Shown: positions 9,693-19,465, counted from the stretch's first letter. The stretch: DNA of 64,000 nucleotides from an uncultured Lachnospiraceae bacterium (GCA_902476265.1 CABSCP010000019.1:9934-73933); one strand, 5' to 3'. Notes: generated by a model not told the origin, from the sequence alone. Numbers and translations: made by a program.

Positions 9693-10862
9693 ATGGAAGA
9701 GAGAAAAAGGGGCGGTAAACACCGGACGGGGATCGGTGTTTTCCTGCTGATATGCCTGCTGGCAGCACCTTTTTGCACAGTGGCGGAGGCCGCCGAAGAG
9801 CAGCCGGAGTGGAAAAAGGGCGCCGGTGTGGCCGCCTATCTGGGGGCGGAAGAAGAGAACGAAGAGGAACAGACCTACAGCGCCGGCGAAGAAGAGACTA
9901 AGGACAAGTCCTCTGAAGAAGAGGAAGAGAAGCTGGTGATGGCCCATGTAAACAACGTTCTGAATGTGAGGGAAAGCCCTGACACCCAGGCGCAGCTGGC
10001 CGGCTATCTCTATGCGGACTGCGGCGGAACCATTCTGGAGCGAAAGGACGGCTGGACAAAGTTTGAATCCGGCGAGCTCGTGGGCTGGGCCAGTGATGAA
10101 TATCTGCTGTTCGGCGGAGAAGCCAGAGCGGCCGCGGAAAATGCAGGGCGTACGGTGGCCAAGACCATCACCGGATCCCTGCGGATCAGAAAAGCCCCTT
10201 CCCTGGATGCCGGTGTTTACGATCTGCTGGAGGAAGGCGCGGAGTATGAGGTCGTGGATGAGAAGCAGCTCGCTTTCAGCGACGGGATGACCGTAACCGA
10301 CGACTGGGTCGCGGTGGATTATGGCGGTAAGACGGGCTTTGTTTCCGCCGAATATGTGCAGGTGGAATTTCTGGTTGACCATGGGGAAACGGTGGAACAG
10401 GTAGAGGCCCGCAGGAAAGAGGAACAAAGGGCCGCAGAAGCCGAAAAGGAAGCCCGGGAAAAGGCCGCAGCGGCGGAGAAAAAAGAAAAGCAGCAGAAAG
10501 AAATCGAGAAGACGAAGGCGCTTTCTACCGCGGATGATGTGCTCTTGGGAGCGCTGATCCAGTGCGAGGCCGGGGAAGAACCTTATGAAGGGCAGGTGGC
10601 GGTGGGAGCGGTTGTGATGAACCGGGTGAAAAGCGGCGCTTATCCCAATACCGTTAAGGATGTCATTTTCGCTTCCGGCCAGTTTACACCGGCAGGCAGC
10701 GGACAGCTGGGCAGGATTGTTTCTTCCGGTAAAGTCAAGGATTCCTGTCTGCAGGCCGCCCGGGAAGCGATTGCGGGAAGTTCTCCGATAGGGACGGCCA
10801 CTCATTTCAGAAGGGCGGGCAGCAGGGAAGGAACTGTGATCGGGCATCATGTGTTCTGGTGA
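9693..10862 (+). CDS. Second secreted SH3b / charged coiled-coil linker / SleB-type cell-wall hydrolase (paralog of 8353-9501)
   Basis: Same architecture as the first gene: signal peptide, SH3b (GWTKFESGELVGWA; a second SH3-like WVAVDYGGKTGFV), a KE-rich linker, and LIQCEAGEEPYEGQVAVGAVVMNRV...GQFTP...HFRR. ATG 9693 follows GGGGGA. Confidence 0.8.
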   Translation: MEERKRGGKHRTGIGVFLLICLLAAPFCTVAEAAEEQPEWKKGAGVAAYLGAEEENEEEQTYSAGEEETKDKSSEEEEEKLVMAHVNNVLNVRESPDTQAQLAGYLYADCGGTILERKDGWTKFESGELVGWASDEYLLFGGEARAAAENAGRTVAKTITGSLRIRKAPSLDAGVYDLLEEGAEYEVVDEKQLAFSDGMTVTDDWVAVDYGGKTGFVSAEYVQVEFLVDHGETVEQVEARRKEEQRAAEAEKEAREKAAAAEKKEKQQKEIEKTKALSTADDVLLGALIQCEAGEEPYEGQVAVGAVVMNRVKSGAYPNTVKDVIFASGQFTPAGSGQLGRIVSSGKVKDSCLQAAREAIAGSSPIGTATHFRRAGSREGTVIGHHVFW

Positions 10863-10864
10863 TT

Positions 10865-10909
10865 CCGTCAGCCACGGGAGAAGCACACAGTTACTCCTGT
10901 GGCTGACGG
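10865..10909 (+). terminator. Long hairpin after the second hydrolase gene (terminator-like, weak T tract)
   Basis: 16-bp stem CCGTCAGCCACGGGAG / CTCCTGTGGCTGACGG with one G-T pair. There is no clean U run afterwards. Confidence 0.45.
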
Positions 10910-10977
10910 CTGTGCTTGATTTCAAACGCCCGATGTAGTATGATTAGAACAGGTTTTTAAGAAAGGAGGCACCTCAT

Positions 10978-11421
10978 ATGATGGAAGTAATCAGCTGGAT
11001 GGTTCTGCTTGTCCTGCTCGTTGTAATCGAGCTTGCGACAATGGGGCTGACGACAATCTGGTTCGCTGCAGGAGCGCTGGCTGCGACCATTGCCGCCGCA
11101 TGTAACGCGCCGCTGTTCATTCAGATAGCGCTGTTTTTGATTGTGTCGGTTTTGATGCTCGTTTTCACAAGACCTGTTGCCATGAAGTACTTTAACAAGG
11201 ACAGGACAAAGACCAACGCAGAAAGCCTGATCGGCAGGAAAGGCATCGTGACAGGGCAGCTCGATAACCTGAAAGGATGCGGCCAGGTCACTTTAAACGG
11301 CATGGAGTGGACGGCCAGGGCAGAAGCAGATGACTGCATCATTCCGGAAGGAAGTGTGGTTATTGTAAAGGCGATCCGCGGAGTGAAACTGATCGTTGCC
11401 CTGCAGGAGAGAGAAACGTGA
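10978..11421 (+). CDS. NfeD-family membrane protein
   Basis: N-terminal TM helices plus a C-terminal OB-like soluble domain (GKGIVTGQLDNLKGCGQVTLNGMEWTARA). It sits directly upstream of an SPFH gene, the classic pairing. Confidence 0.8.
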   Translation: MMEVISWMVLLVLLVVIELATMGLTTIWFAAGALAATIAAACNAPLFIQIALFLIVSVLMLVFTRPVAMKYFNKDRTKTNAESLIGRKGIVTGQLDNLKGCGQVTLNGMEWTARAEADDCIIPEGSVVIVKAIRGVKLIVALQERET

Positions 11422-11474
11422 GAAAGGCGCTCACAAAATAATTGCGGTAGTTTGCCGCAGGAATCGAGGTTAAT

Positions 11475-12401
11475 ATGATAGGTGGCATTATTTTACTTGT
11501 AATTTTAATTTTAGCCGTAATCATTGCGGCATCATGTATCAAGATTGTTCCCCAGGCACAGGCTTATGTGGTGGAACGTCTGGGCGCATACCAGGATACC
11601 TGGAATGTAGGTCTGCATTTTAAGATTCCCGTAATCGATAAAGTTGCAAAGCGCGTGCTGTTAAAAGAGCAGGTTGCGGATTTCCCTCCCCAGCCGGTTA
11701 TCACAAAGGATAACGTTACCATGCGGATTGATACGGTGGTGTTTTTCCAGATCACGGATCCCAAGCTGTTCACATACGGCGTGGAGAACCCCATCATGGC
11801 GATCGAGAACCTGACGGCCACCACTCTTCGAAATATCATCGGTGACCTGGAACTGGATCAGACGCTGACATCCCGTGAGACGATCAACGCTAAGATGCGT
11901 TCCTCTCTGGACATCGCTACCGATCCCTGGGGCATTAAGGTAAACCGTGTGGAATTAAAGAATATCATTCCTCCGGCAGCCATTCAGGATGCCATGGAGA
12001 AGCAGATGAAGGCGGAACGTGAAAGACGTGAAGCAATCCTTCGTGCGGAAGGTGAGAAGAAATCCACCATCCTGGTAGCGGAAGGTAAGAAGGAATCCGC
12101 GATCCTGGAAGCGGAAGGTGAAAAACAGTCTGCGATCCTTCATGCGGAAGCGGTCAAAGAAAAGATGATCCGTGAGGCGGAAGGGGAAGCGGAAGCGATC
12201 TTAAAGGTTCAGCAGGCGACTGCAAACGGTCTGCGCTTCATCAAGGAAGCGGGAGCGGACGAAGCGGTTCTGAAACTGAGAAGCCTGGAAACTTTTGAAA
12301 AGGTAGCGGACGGCAAGTCCACAAAGATCATCATCCCTTCCGAGATCCAGAACATGGCGGGCGTACTGGCAAGCGCGAAGGAGCTTGTGACCGAGAAATA
12401 A
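11475..12401 (+). CDS. SPFH/band-7 (stomatin-like) membrane protein
   Basis: N-terminal TM, then an SPFH core (IVPQAQAYVVERLGAY, TKDNVTMRIDTVVFFQI), then an EA-rich coiled-coil tail. Confidence 0.88.
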   Translation: MIGGIILLVILILAVIIAASCIKIVPQAQAYVVERLGAYQDTWNVGLHFKIPVIDKVAKRVLLKEQVADFPPQPVITKDNVTMRIDTVVFFQITDPKLFTYGVENPIMAIENLTATTLRNIIGDLELDQTLTSRETINAKMRSSLDIATDPWGIKVNRVELKNIIPPAAIQDAMEKQMKAERERREAILRAEGEKKSTILVAEGKKESAILEAEGEKQSAILHAEAVKEKMIREAEGEAEAILKVQQATANGLRFIKEAGADEAVLKLRSLETFEKVADGKSTKIIIPSEIQNMAGVLASAKELVTEK

Positions 12402-12446
12402 GACGTTGCCTGCAACGCAGTGTCATAAAAATCCGGAATTGTATAT

Positions 12447-12488
12447 TTACAAGAATGAACCGTACATTCTATAATAGAGTGTACGGTT
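12447..12488 (+). promoter_or_regulatory. argF promoter with a 9-bp inverted repeat bracketing the -10 (candidate operator)
   Basis: TTACAA (12447-12452), 17-nt spacer, TATAAT (12470-12475). AACCGTACA (12458-12466) is the perfect reverse complement of TGTACGGTT (12480-12488). Confidence 0.5.
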
Positions 12489-12553
12489 TTGTAACTGTGT
12501 AAGGAAAGAATCCTTACCCCGTTTTTAAAACAGATGACCAGGAGGAAAGCACA

Positions 12554-13546
12554 ATGGATCTGACAGGACGCCATTTCTTAAAATTATTGGACTATACACC
12601 GGAGGAGATCGAATATCTGGTTGAACTTGCGGCCGAATTAAAAGCGCTGAAAAAGGCGGGAACGCCGGTTGATACGCTGCGGGGGAAGAACGTAGCGCTG
12701 ATTTTTGAAAAGACCAGCACCAGGACGAGAAGCTCCTTTGAGGTGGCGGCGCATGATTTGGGAATGGGCAGCACCTATCTGGATCCGTCCAGCTCTCAGA
12801 TCGGGAAAAAAGAGAGCATCAAGGACACCGCAAGAGTGCTGGGCAGGATGTATGAGGGGATTGAATACCGTGGATACGGGCAGGAGATCGTGGAGGAACT
12901 GGCAAAATATGCGGGAGTTCCGGTATGGAACGGCCTGACCAATGAATTTCATCCCACCCAGATGCTGGCGGATCTTTTGACGATAAAGGAACATTTGGGC
13001 AGGATCAGGGGCGTAAAGCTTGTTTATATGGGAGACGCCCGCTACAATATGGGCAATTCCTATATGGTGGTCTGCGCTAAAATGGGAATGCATTTTACCG
13101 CCTGTGCTCCTTCCCGATATTTTCCGGACAAAGCGCTGGTGGAGCAGTGTAAGGAAATCGCGGCAGAAAACGGAGGCAGCATCACCCTCACCGAGGACGT
13201 GACGGAGGGCACCAAAGGAGCCGATGTGATCTGTACGGATGTGTGGGTATCCATGGGAGAACCGGACGCGGTGTGGAGAGAGCGGATTGAAGAACTGTCC
13301 CCCTACCAGGTGAACCGGGCCGTCATGCAGAATGCGGGGAATGCAATTTTCATGCATTGTCTGCCGGCGTTCCATGACAGACATACCCAGATCGGTAAGG
13401 AAATCGGGGAACGGTTCGGCATTTATGAGATGGAAGTGACGGATGAAGTATTTGAATCGGATGCTTCCGTGGTATTTGATGAGGCGGAAAACCGGATGCA
13501 TACCATCAAAGCGGTGATGGCTGCGACTTTGGGATGGAAAAGATAA
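12554..13546 (+). CDS. argF: Ornithine carbamoyltransferase
   Basis: STRTR, HPTQ and HCLP motifs are present in the canonical order. Whether it is anabolic or catabolic cannot be decided from the sequence. Confidence 0.88.
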   Translation: MDLTGRHFLKLLDYTPEEIEYLVELAAELKALKKAGTPVDTLRGKNVALIFEKTSTRTRSSFEVAAHDLGMGSTYLDPSSSQIGKKESIKDTARVLGRMYEGIEYRGYGQEIVEELAKYAGVPVWNGLTNEFHPTQMLADLLTIKEHLGRIRGVKLVYMGDARYNMGNSYMVVCAKMGMHFTACAPSRYFPDKALVEQCKEIAAENGGSITLTEDVTEGTKGADVICTDVWVSMGEPDAVWRERIEELSPYQVNRAVMQNAGNAIFMHCLPAFHDRHTQIGKEIGERFGIYEMEVTDEVFESDASVVFDEAENRMHTIKAVMAATLGWKR

Positions 13547-13550
13547 GAAT

Positions 13551-14354
13551 ATGGAAGCGAAAATAAACGGAGAAAAGCTGACTGCCCTTTTGCAGGGCTG
13601 TCCCATGGGAAAGAAACTGATTTATAAAGAGACGGTGGACTCCACCAACCTGGTGATCAAGCGGGCGGCCCTTGCGGGCGCGCCCCACGGAACCGTTGCC
13701 ATGGCGGAGCAGCAGACCGCGGGCAGGGGAAGAAGAGGACGCTCCTGGGCCTCCCCTCCCGGCGACAACCTTTATTTCAGCCTGATGCTGTGCCCGGATT
13801 TTCCTACGCGGATGGCGCCCATGCTGACCCTGGTGATGGCGGTTGCCGTGGCCCAGGCCGTGCGTCATGAAGGAGTGAACGGGAAAATCAAGTGGCCCAA
13901 TGATTTGGTGGTAAACGGCAGAAAGGTGTGCGGCATTCTGACGGAGCTGTATCTGAAAGAAGATGACAGTTTTTATGTGATCATCGGCACGGGAATCAAC
14001 GTAAACCAGCAGGATTTCCCGGCGGAACTCAAAAAGACGGCCACTTCCCTCTGCATTGAAAAGGGCGGCATGATCAGCCGGGAAGAACTGCTTTCCAGCA
14101 TTCTGCATTTTTTCAATGATTATTATAACCGGTTTATTCAGGACGGGAATCTGTCCGGACTGCGTAAGGAATACGAGGGACTGCTGGTCAACTGTGACGC
14201 CCAGGTGGAGGTACAGGACCCCAAGGGCTCCTGGCGGGGGGTCGCAAAAGGGATCAATGATACCGGAGAACTGCTGGTACGCCGGGAGGATGGCGGGATC
14301 GAAGCGGTATTTGCCGGGGAAGTATCGGTGAGAGGAATTTATGGCTATGTCTGA
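13551..14354 (+). CDS. birA: Biotin--[acetyl-CoA-carboxylase] ligase without an N-terminal HTH (class I BPL)
   Basis: GRGRRGRSW biotin-binding loop and KWPNDL motif. At 267 aa it has no room for a repressor domain. Confidence 0.88.
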   Translation: MEAKINGEKLTALLQGCPMGKKLIYKETVDSTNLVIKRAALAGAPHGTVAMAEQQTAGRGRRGRSWASPPGDNLYFSLMLCPDFPTRMAPMLTLVMAVAVAQAVRHEGVNGKIKWPNDLVVNGRKVCGILTELYLKEDDSFYVIIGTGINVNQQDFPAELKKTATSLCIEKGGMISREELLSSILHFFNDYYNRFIQDGNLSGLRKEYEGLLVNCDAQVEVQDPKGSWRGVAKGINDTGELLVRREDGGIEAVFAGEVSVRGIYGYV

Positions 14355-14718
14355 AACAACGCAAAAGGAAGAAAAGATTGTGCTCTGCGGTGCAAACGCC
14401 TATGAGCAGAAATATTATTTCAACGAAAAATTCAAAGGGATCCCCCAGTCCATTCAGGATGAACTGCACATTATCTGCGTGCTTTTTACCGCCGAGGTGG
14501 GAGGAATTTTTACCATTGTTTTTGAACCGGACGGCACACTGGCTTTTGAAACCGATGCGGCGGAAGAGGATATTTTATATGATGAAATTTCCAGCGGTCT
14601 TCTGGTGGGCGAAATCAAAAGAAACCGCCAGGAGCTGCTGGAATCGCTGAGCCTTTATTATCGGGTGTTTGTGCTGCATGAGGATGTATCTGCATTGCTG
14701 GAGGAGGAAGAAACATGA
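14341..14718 (+). CDS. Hypothetical acidic 125-aa protein, translationally coupled to birA and coaX
   Basis: The start overlaps the birA 3' end by 14 nt (SD GAGAGGA upstream). Its stop overlaps the coaX ATG (ATGA at 14715-14718). I recognise no family. Confidence 0.6.
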   Translation: MAMSETTQKEEKIVLCGANAYEQKYYFNEKFKGIPQSIQDELHIICVLFTAEVGGIFTIVFEPDGTLAFETDAAEEDILYDEISSGLLVGEIKRNRQELLESLSLYYRVFVLHEDVSALLEEEET

Positions 14719-15485
14719 TTCTTGTCATAGATGTGGGAAATACGAATATCACGTTCGGCGTGTATGAAGGGAAAAAACTGGTTACCACTTTCCGCATGAC
14801 CTCCAAGCTGCTACGGACTTCCGACGAATACGGCGTGGAAATCCGGGAGATTCTGATGTGCAACCAGGTGGATCCCGGGATGCTGGACGGTGCGATCATC
14901 GCCAGCGTGGTGCCCAATGTGATGCATGCGCTGACCGGAGCGGTGAAGCGTTATCTGAAAACCGAACCGGTCATCGTGGGAAGCGGGATCAAAACCGGCA
15001 TCAAGATCACTTCAGAAAATCCGAAGGAGATCGGACCGGATCGGATTGTGGATGTGGTGGCCGCTTATGAAAAATACGGCGGTCCTGTGCTGGTGCTGGA
15101 TTTTGGCACGGCAACCACCTATGACCTGGTGACGGAGGACGGAAAGTTCGGCGTGGGCATTACAGCGCCCGGCATCCGGATTTCCGCAAAAGCGCTCTGG
15201 GAGGATACCGCAAAACTGCCGGAGATTGAAATTAAAAAGCCCGGTTCCATCCTGGCCAGGGAAACCATTTCCAGTATGCAGGCGGGACTTGTATACGGGC
15301 AGATCGGCCAGACGGAGTATATCGTCAATCAGGTGAAGAAGGAAACCGGCTTTCAGAATCTGAAGGTGGTGGCCACCGGAGGACTGGGCCGTATCATAGC
15401 GGATGAAACGGATGCCATCGACGTTTATGACAGCGCGCTGACGCTGGACGGACTGCGCATCCTGTATGAAAAGAACCGGAAATAG
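14715..15485 (+). CDS. coaX: Type III pantothenate kinase
   Basis: N-terminal [14 protein letters not shown], and GTATT / ATGG motifs typical of CoaX. Confidence 0.9.
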   Translation: MILVIDVGNTNITFGVYEGKKLVTTFRMTSKLLRTSDEYGVEIREILMCNQVDPGMLDGAIIASVVPNVMHALTGAVKRYLKTEPVIVGSGIKTGIKITSENPKEIGPDRIVDVVAAYEKYGGPVLVLDFGTATTYDLVTEDGKFGVGITAPGIRISAKALWEDTAKLPEIEIKKPGSILARETISSMQAGLVYGQIGQTEYIVNQVKKETGFQNLKVVATGGLGRIIADETDAIDVYDSALTLDGLRILYEKNRK

Positions 15486-15498
15486 CAGGGAAAATGAG

Positions 15499-16467
15499 AT
15501 GAAAAAGCTTGAGATCGGCAGCGTTTGCCTGTCAGACAATGTGATCCTGGCTCCCATGGCAGGCGTGAGCGACCTGCCATTTCGTTTGCTGTGCAGACAG
15601 CAGGGAGCGGCAATGGTCTGCTCTGAAATGATCAGCGCAAAGGCCATTTTATATCAGAATAAAAATACGGAAGAGCTGTTGCAGATCCATCCTGAGGAAG
15701 GGCCGGTGTCTCTGCAGCTGTTTGGCTCCGATCCGGATATTGTCAGCGAAATGGCAAAGAGAATCGAGGACAGGCCCTTTGCGGTGCTGGATATCAACAT
15801 GGGCTGTCCGGTTCCAAAGGTGGTCAATAACGGGGAGGGCAGCGCCCTGATGAAAAATCCCCTGCTGGCCGGATCCATCATAGAAAAGACGGCAAAAGCC
15901 ATCCATAAGCCCGTCACGGTAAAGATCCGCAAAGGGTTTGACGACGCCCATGTGAATGCGGTGGAAATGGCAAAAATCGCACAGGAATCGGGCGCGGCGG
16001 CGGTGGCGGTGCACGGGCGTACCCGGGAACAGTACTATTCCGGAAAGGCGGACTGGGACATCATCGCACAGGTAAAACAGGCGGTAAAAATCCCGGTGCT
16101 GGGGAACGGGGATGTGACGGACGGGGATTCGGCATTAAGGATGTTTGCCCAGACCGGCTGCGACGGGATCCTGATCGGAAGGGCAGCCCAGGGGAATCCC
16201 TGGATTTTCCGGGAAGTGACCGCTGTTTTGGCGGGAAAGGAACCTCCAAAAAGGCCGGGACGGGAAGAAATCTATGAAATGATTGTGAAACACGCCCTGC
16301 TTTCCGGAGAATATAAAGGGGAATATATTGCGGTGCGGGAAATGCGCAAGCATATGGCCTGGTATACTACGGGGCTGCCGCACTCCTCACAGCTGCGCAG
16401 GCGGATCAATGAAATGGAGACCATGCAGCAGCTGATCGAAGGCATGAAAGAACTGTTGCTGTCATAG
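15499..16467 (+). CDS. dusB: tRNA-dihydrouridine synthase
   Basis: LAPMAGVSDLPFR, DINMGCP and AVHGRTR motifs. I moved the start to ATG 15499 (MKKLEIG). Confidence 0.88.
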   Translation: MKKLEIGSVCLSDNVILAPMAGVSDLPFRLLCRQQGAAMVCSEMISAKAILYQNKNTEELLQIHPEEGPVSLQLFGSDPDIVSEMAKRIEDRPFAVLDINMGCPVPKVVNNGEGSALMKNPLLAGSIIEKTAKAIHKPVTVKIRKGFDDAHVNAVEMAKIAQESGAAAVAVHGRTREQYYSGKADWDIIAQVKQAVKIPVLGNGDVTDGDSALRMFAQTGCDGILIGRAAQGNPWIFREVTAVLAGKEPPKRPGREEIYEMIVKHALLSGEYKGEYIAVREMRKHMAWYTTGLPHSSQLRRRINEMETMQQLIEGMKELLLS

Positions 16468-16475
16468 ATTTTACT

Positions 16476-17207
16476 ATGAATGCAATCAACTATCTCATGG
16501 TGGATCAAAAGAAGAATAGCGGCGTGACAGCGGCGGGACGGCGCGCCCGCCCGATGGTGGAGAGGTTCTGGTGGCATGGCCGTCCAGTCTGCCTGTATCT
16601 CATCCCTGCCGCCTGGACACAGAGCAAAAGACTGCCGCTGCTGATTCGGAAAATGGGCTTATCCCGGGAAGAGGACAGCAACAGCGGGGAAGGAATGTTC
16701 TGGACAGCGCCGGAGTTGGAGGACTGTCTGCCGGGCGTCGGCCAGCCTCTGCCGGACCCTTCTCTTGCGGCTTTTCTGCTCCGGGAGCAGCCCTTCCGTG
16801 AAATTCTTGTTCTCCTTACGGATGAAAAGGAAGAGGGCAGGAAAGACTGGTGGCAGGAGGATTTTTTGAGGGAATGTTTTGGCGAGCTGAACGGATTGTA
16901 TCTGACCGGCGTGAGGGAAAAGGAGCGGGATGCTTCTTTTTTTGACTGGATGTACGGGGAAAGCGGACTTCTGGCCTGCTTTTCGGATCGTCTGCCCGTG
17001 ACGGACGGACGAAAGACTGCTGTGGTGGATCTGAGGCGTAAAAAGCGCCCGCCGGTGCGGGAACTGGCTTTCGGCAGCCTATATTTGGACCTCACCTCGG
17101 AAACGGAAAAACAGCGGTTATTAAGGGAAAAAAGAACGGATATTTCCTATATCTCTGCCCGAAATTACCTTGACACTGCATTCAAAGCAAGGTATAATGC
17201 GTTTTGA
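16476..17207 (+). CDS. Hypothetical 243-aa protein (no recognisable family)
   Basis: Long ORF whose codon usage resembles its neighbours. It has no convincing SD at ATG 16476, and a consensus promoter is embedded in its last 40 nt. Confidence 0.5.
   Translation: MNAINYLMVDQKKNSGVTAAGRRARPMVERFWWHGRPVCLYLIPAAWTQSKRLPLLIRKMGLSREEDSNSGEGMFWTAPELEDCLPGVGQPLPDPSLAAFLLREQPFREILVLLTDEKEEGRKDWWQEDFLRECFGELNGLYLTGVREKERDASFFDWMYGESGLLACFSDRLPVTDGRKTAVVDLRRKKRPPVRELAFGSLYLDLTSETEKQRLLREKRTDISYISARNYLDTAFKARYNAF
17170..17198 (+). promoter_or_regulatory. Consensus sigma-A promoter for greA-lysS
   Basis: TTGACA (17170-17175), 17-nt spacer, TATAAT (17193-17198). It lies inside the 3' end of the preceding ORF. 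Confidence 0.65.
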
Positions 17208-17304
17208 TTAAGTATGGAGCCGACACCGGATTTGGGACTGCCCGCCGGCGGTGCCTGTGCCCTGAAACGGGTATGCAAAGATTTTTGATAAAGAGGGATC
17301 AGAC

Positions 17305-17787
17305 ATGGAAGAAAAAAAGAATATCCTCACTTATGAAGGACTTCGCAGATATGAAGACGAGCTTCATGAGTTAAAGGTTAACAAACGTCAGGAAGTTGCA
17401 CAGAAAATCAAGGAAGCCAGAGAACAGGGCGACCTTTCCGAGAACGCGGAGTACGATGCTGCGAAGGATGAACAGAGGGATATCGAAGCCAGGATTGAAG
17501 AGCTGGAAAAGATTTTAAAGAATGCAGAAGTTGTTGTGGAAGATGAAGTGGATCTGGACAGAATCAACATCGGCTGCATGGTGAAGATCCTGGATCTGGA
17601 ATTCGATGAAGAACTGGATTATAAAATTGTGGGATCTACGGAGGCCAACAGCTTAAAAGGCAAGATTTCCAATGAATCCCCCGTGGGGAAAGCGCTGATC
17701 GGTGCAAAGATCGGAGACGTTGTGGAAGTGGAAACCCAGGCCGGCGTATTGAAGTACAGAGTGCTGGAGATCGAACGGTCCAACTAA
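17305..17787 (+). CDS. greA: Transcription elongation factor GreA
   Basis: Coiled-coil N-terminus with LSENAEYDAAKDEQ, and a C-terminal ISNESPVGKALIGAKIGD motif. Confidence 0.93.
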   Translation: MEEKKNILTYEGLRRYEDELHELKVNKRQEVAQKIKEAREQGDLSENAEYDAAKDEQRDIEARIEELEKILKNAEVVVEDEVDLDRINIGCMVKILDLEFDEELDYKIVGSTEANSLKGKISNESPVGKALIGAKIGDVVEVETQAGVLKYRVLEIERSN

Positions 17788-17805
17788 ACAAAAGGAGCGA
17801 TAAAG

Positions 17806-19317
17806 GTGGCAGACGCACAGAACAATAACAATGCGAATACGAAAGCGCAGGAGCAGGATTTAAACCAGATCTTAAAGGTCAGGAGAGAGAAGCTGGCTGC
17901 GCTGCAGGAAAATGGAAAAGACCCTTTCCAACATGTGAAATATGACGTTACGGCGCACAGCATGGACATCAAGGAACATTTTGACACCATGGAAGGCGAG
18001 ACGGTCAGCATTGCGGGCCGTGTGATGTTCAAACGGGTCATGGGGAAAGCTTCTTTCTGCAACGTACAGGATTTGCAGGGAAATATCCAGGCCTATGTGG
18101 CGAGGGATGTGATCGGGGAAGAACCATATGCGGATTTCAAGAAATTTGACGTGGGCGATATCGTCGGCATCAAAGGCGAAGTTTTTAAAACAAAGACCGG
18201 TGAAATTTCCATTCATGCTTCCGAAGTGATCCTGCTTTCCAAGAGTCTGCAGGTCCTCCCTGAAAAGTATCATGGCCTGACCAATACCGATCTGCGGTAT
18301 CGTCAGCGTTATGTGGATCTGATCATGAACCAGGAAGTGAAGGATACCTTTGTAAAGCGTTCCAAAATTATCAGCGCAATCCGCCGTTATCTGGACGGAC
18401 AGGGATTTATGGAGGTGGAAACCCCCATGCTGGTATCCAATGCGGGCGGCGCTGCGGCAAGGCCTTTTGAAACCCATTATAATGCGCTGGATGAGGACGT
18501 GAAGCTGCGCATTTCCCTGGAGCTTTACTTAAAGAGACTGATCGTCGGCGGCATGGAGCGGGTCTATGAAATCGGCCGGGTATTTCGCAACGAGGGTGTG
18601 GACACCAGACATAATCCGGAATTTACCCTGATGGAACTGTATCAGGCATTTACCGACTATCATGGCATGATGGATCTTTCCGAGAACCTGTACCGCTATG
18701 TGGCCCAGGAAGTGCTTGGGACAACTCTGGTTCCTTACGGCGATCTTGTCATTGACCTGGGCAGGCCTTTTGAACGGATCACCATGCTGGATGCCGTGAA
18801 GAAATATGCAGGCGTTGATTTTAACGAAATCCATTCCGATGAAGAGGCGAAGGCTCTGGCAAAGGAACATCATATTGAATTTGAGGACAGGCATAAGAAG
18901 GGCGATATTTTAAGCCTTTTCTTTGAGGAGTATGTGGAAGAGCATCTCATCCAGCCTACCTTTGTGATGGACCATCCGGTGGAAATCTCCCCTCTGACGA
19001 AGAGAAAGCCGGAAAATCCGGATTATACAGAACGTTTTGAACTTTTCATCAACGGCAATGAAATGGCGAATGCATATTCCGAGCTGAATGATCCTATTGA
19101 TCAGAGAAAACGGTTCGAGGCTCAGGAAGAACTGATCCGCCAGGGAGATGAAGAGGCGAACTCTATTGACGAAGATTTCATGAATGCGCTGGAGATCGGG
19201 ATGCCTCCTACGGGCGGGATCGGTTTTGGGATCGACCGAATGGTGATGCTGATGACCAATTCACCGGCAATCAGGGATGTATTATTATTCCCGACTATGC
19301 GCTCTTTAGATAAATAG
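17806..19317 (+). CDS. lysS: Lysine--tRNA ligase (class II)
   Basis: OB anticodon-binding domain plus class II motifs (RVFRNEG, GGIGFGIDRMVML). GTG start 17806 lies 9 nt after AAAGGAG. Confidence 0.93.
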   Translation: MADAQNNNNANTKAQEQDLNQILKVRREKLAALQENGKDPFQHVKYDVTAHSMDIKEHFDTMEGETVSIAGRVMFKRVMGKASFCNVQDLQGNIQAYVARDVIGEEPYADFKKFDVGDIVGIKGEVFKTKTGEISIHASEVILLSKSLQVLPEKYHGLTNTDLRYRQRYVDLIMNQEVKDTFVKRSKIISAIRRYLDGQGFMEVETPMLVSNAGGAAARPFETHYNALDEDVKLRISLELYLKRLIVGGMERVYEIGRVFRNEGVDTRHNPEFTLMELYQAFTDYHGMMDLSENLYRYVAQEVLGTTLVPYGDLVIDLGRPFERITMLDAVKKYAGVDFNEIHSDEEAKALAKEHHIEFEDRHKKGDILSLFFEEYVEEHLIQPTFVMDHPVEISPLTKRKPENPDYTERFELFINGNEMANAYSELNDPIDQRKRFEAQEELIRQGDEEANSIDEDFMNALEIGMPPTGGIGFGIDRMVMLMTNSPAIRDVLLFPTMRSLDK

Positions 19318-19465
19318 ATAGGGAAATGTAATAAATTTACACTTTTTTAATTACTCAGGTATTGCATTCCGAACAATAATCAGTGTAAAATAGAGTAGGA
19401 AAAGCCAATATAAAGTCATATTCAAAGCAAAATAATAGAAATCTTACAACAATGGAGGGAAAGAA

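Noticed and set aside
12451-12470. ArgR/AhrC ARG box in the argF promoter (TGAACCGTACATTC).
   Set aside because: The half-site register is off by one relative to TGAAT-N4-ATTCA, and the centre is GC-containing rather than AT-rich. I kept it only as a generic inverted-repeat operator candidate.
16505-17095. 196-aa minus-strand ORF opposite the 243-aa hypothetical gene.
   Set aside because: It is Arg/Ser/Pro-rich low-complexity sequence with no SD. The plus-strand frame has more native-looking codon usage. I admit the plus-strand gene itself is uncertain.
17788-17805. T-box or other leader ahead of lysS.
   Set aside because: Only 18 nt separate greA and lysS, so there is no room for a leader. 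The genes are co-transcribed.
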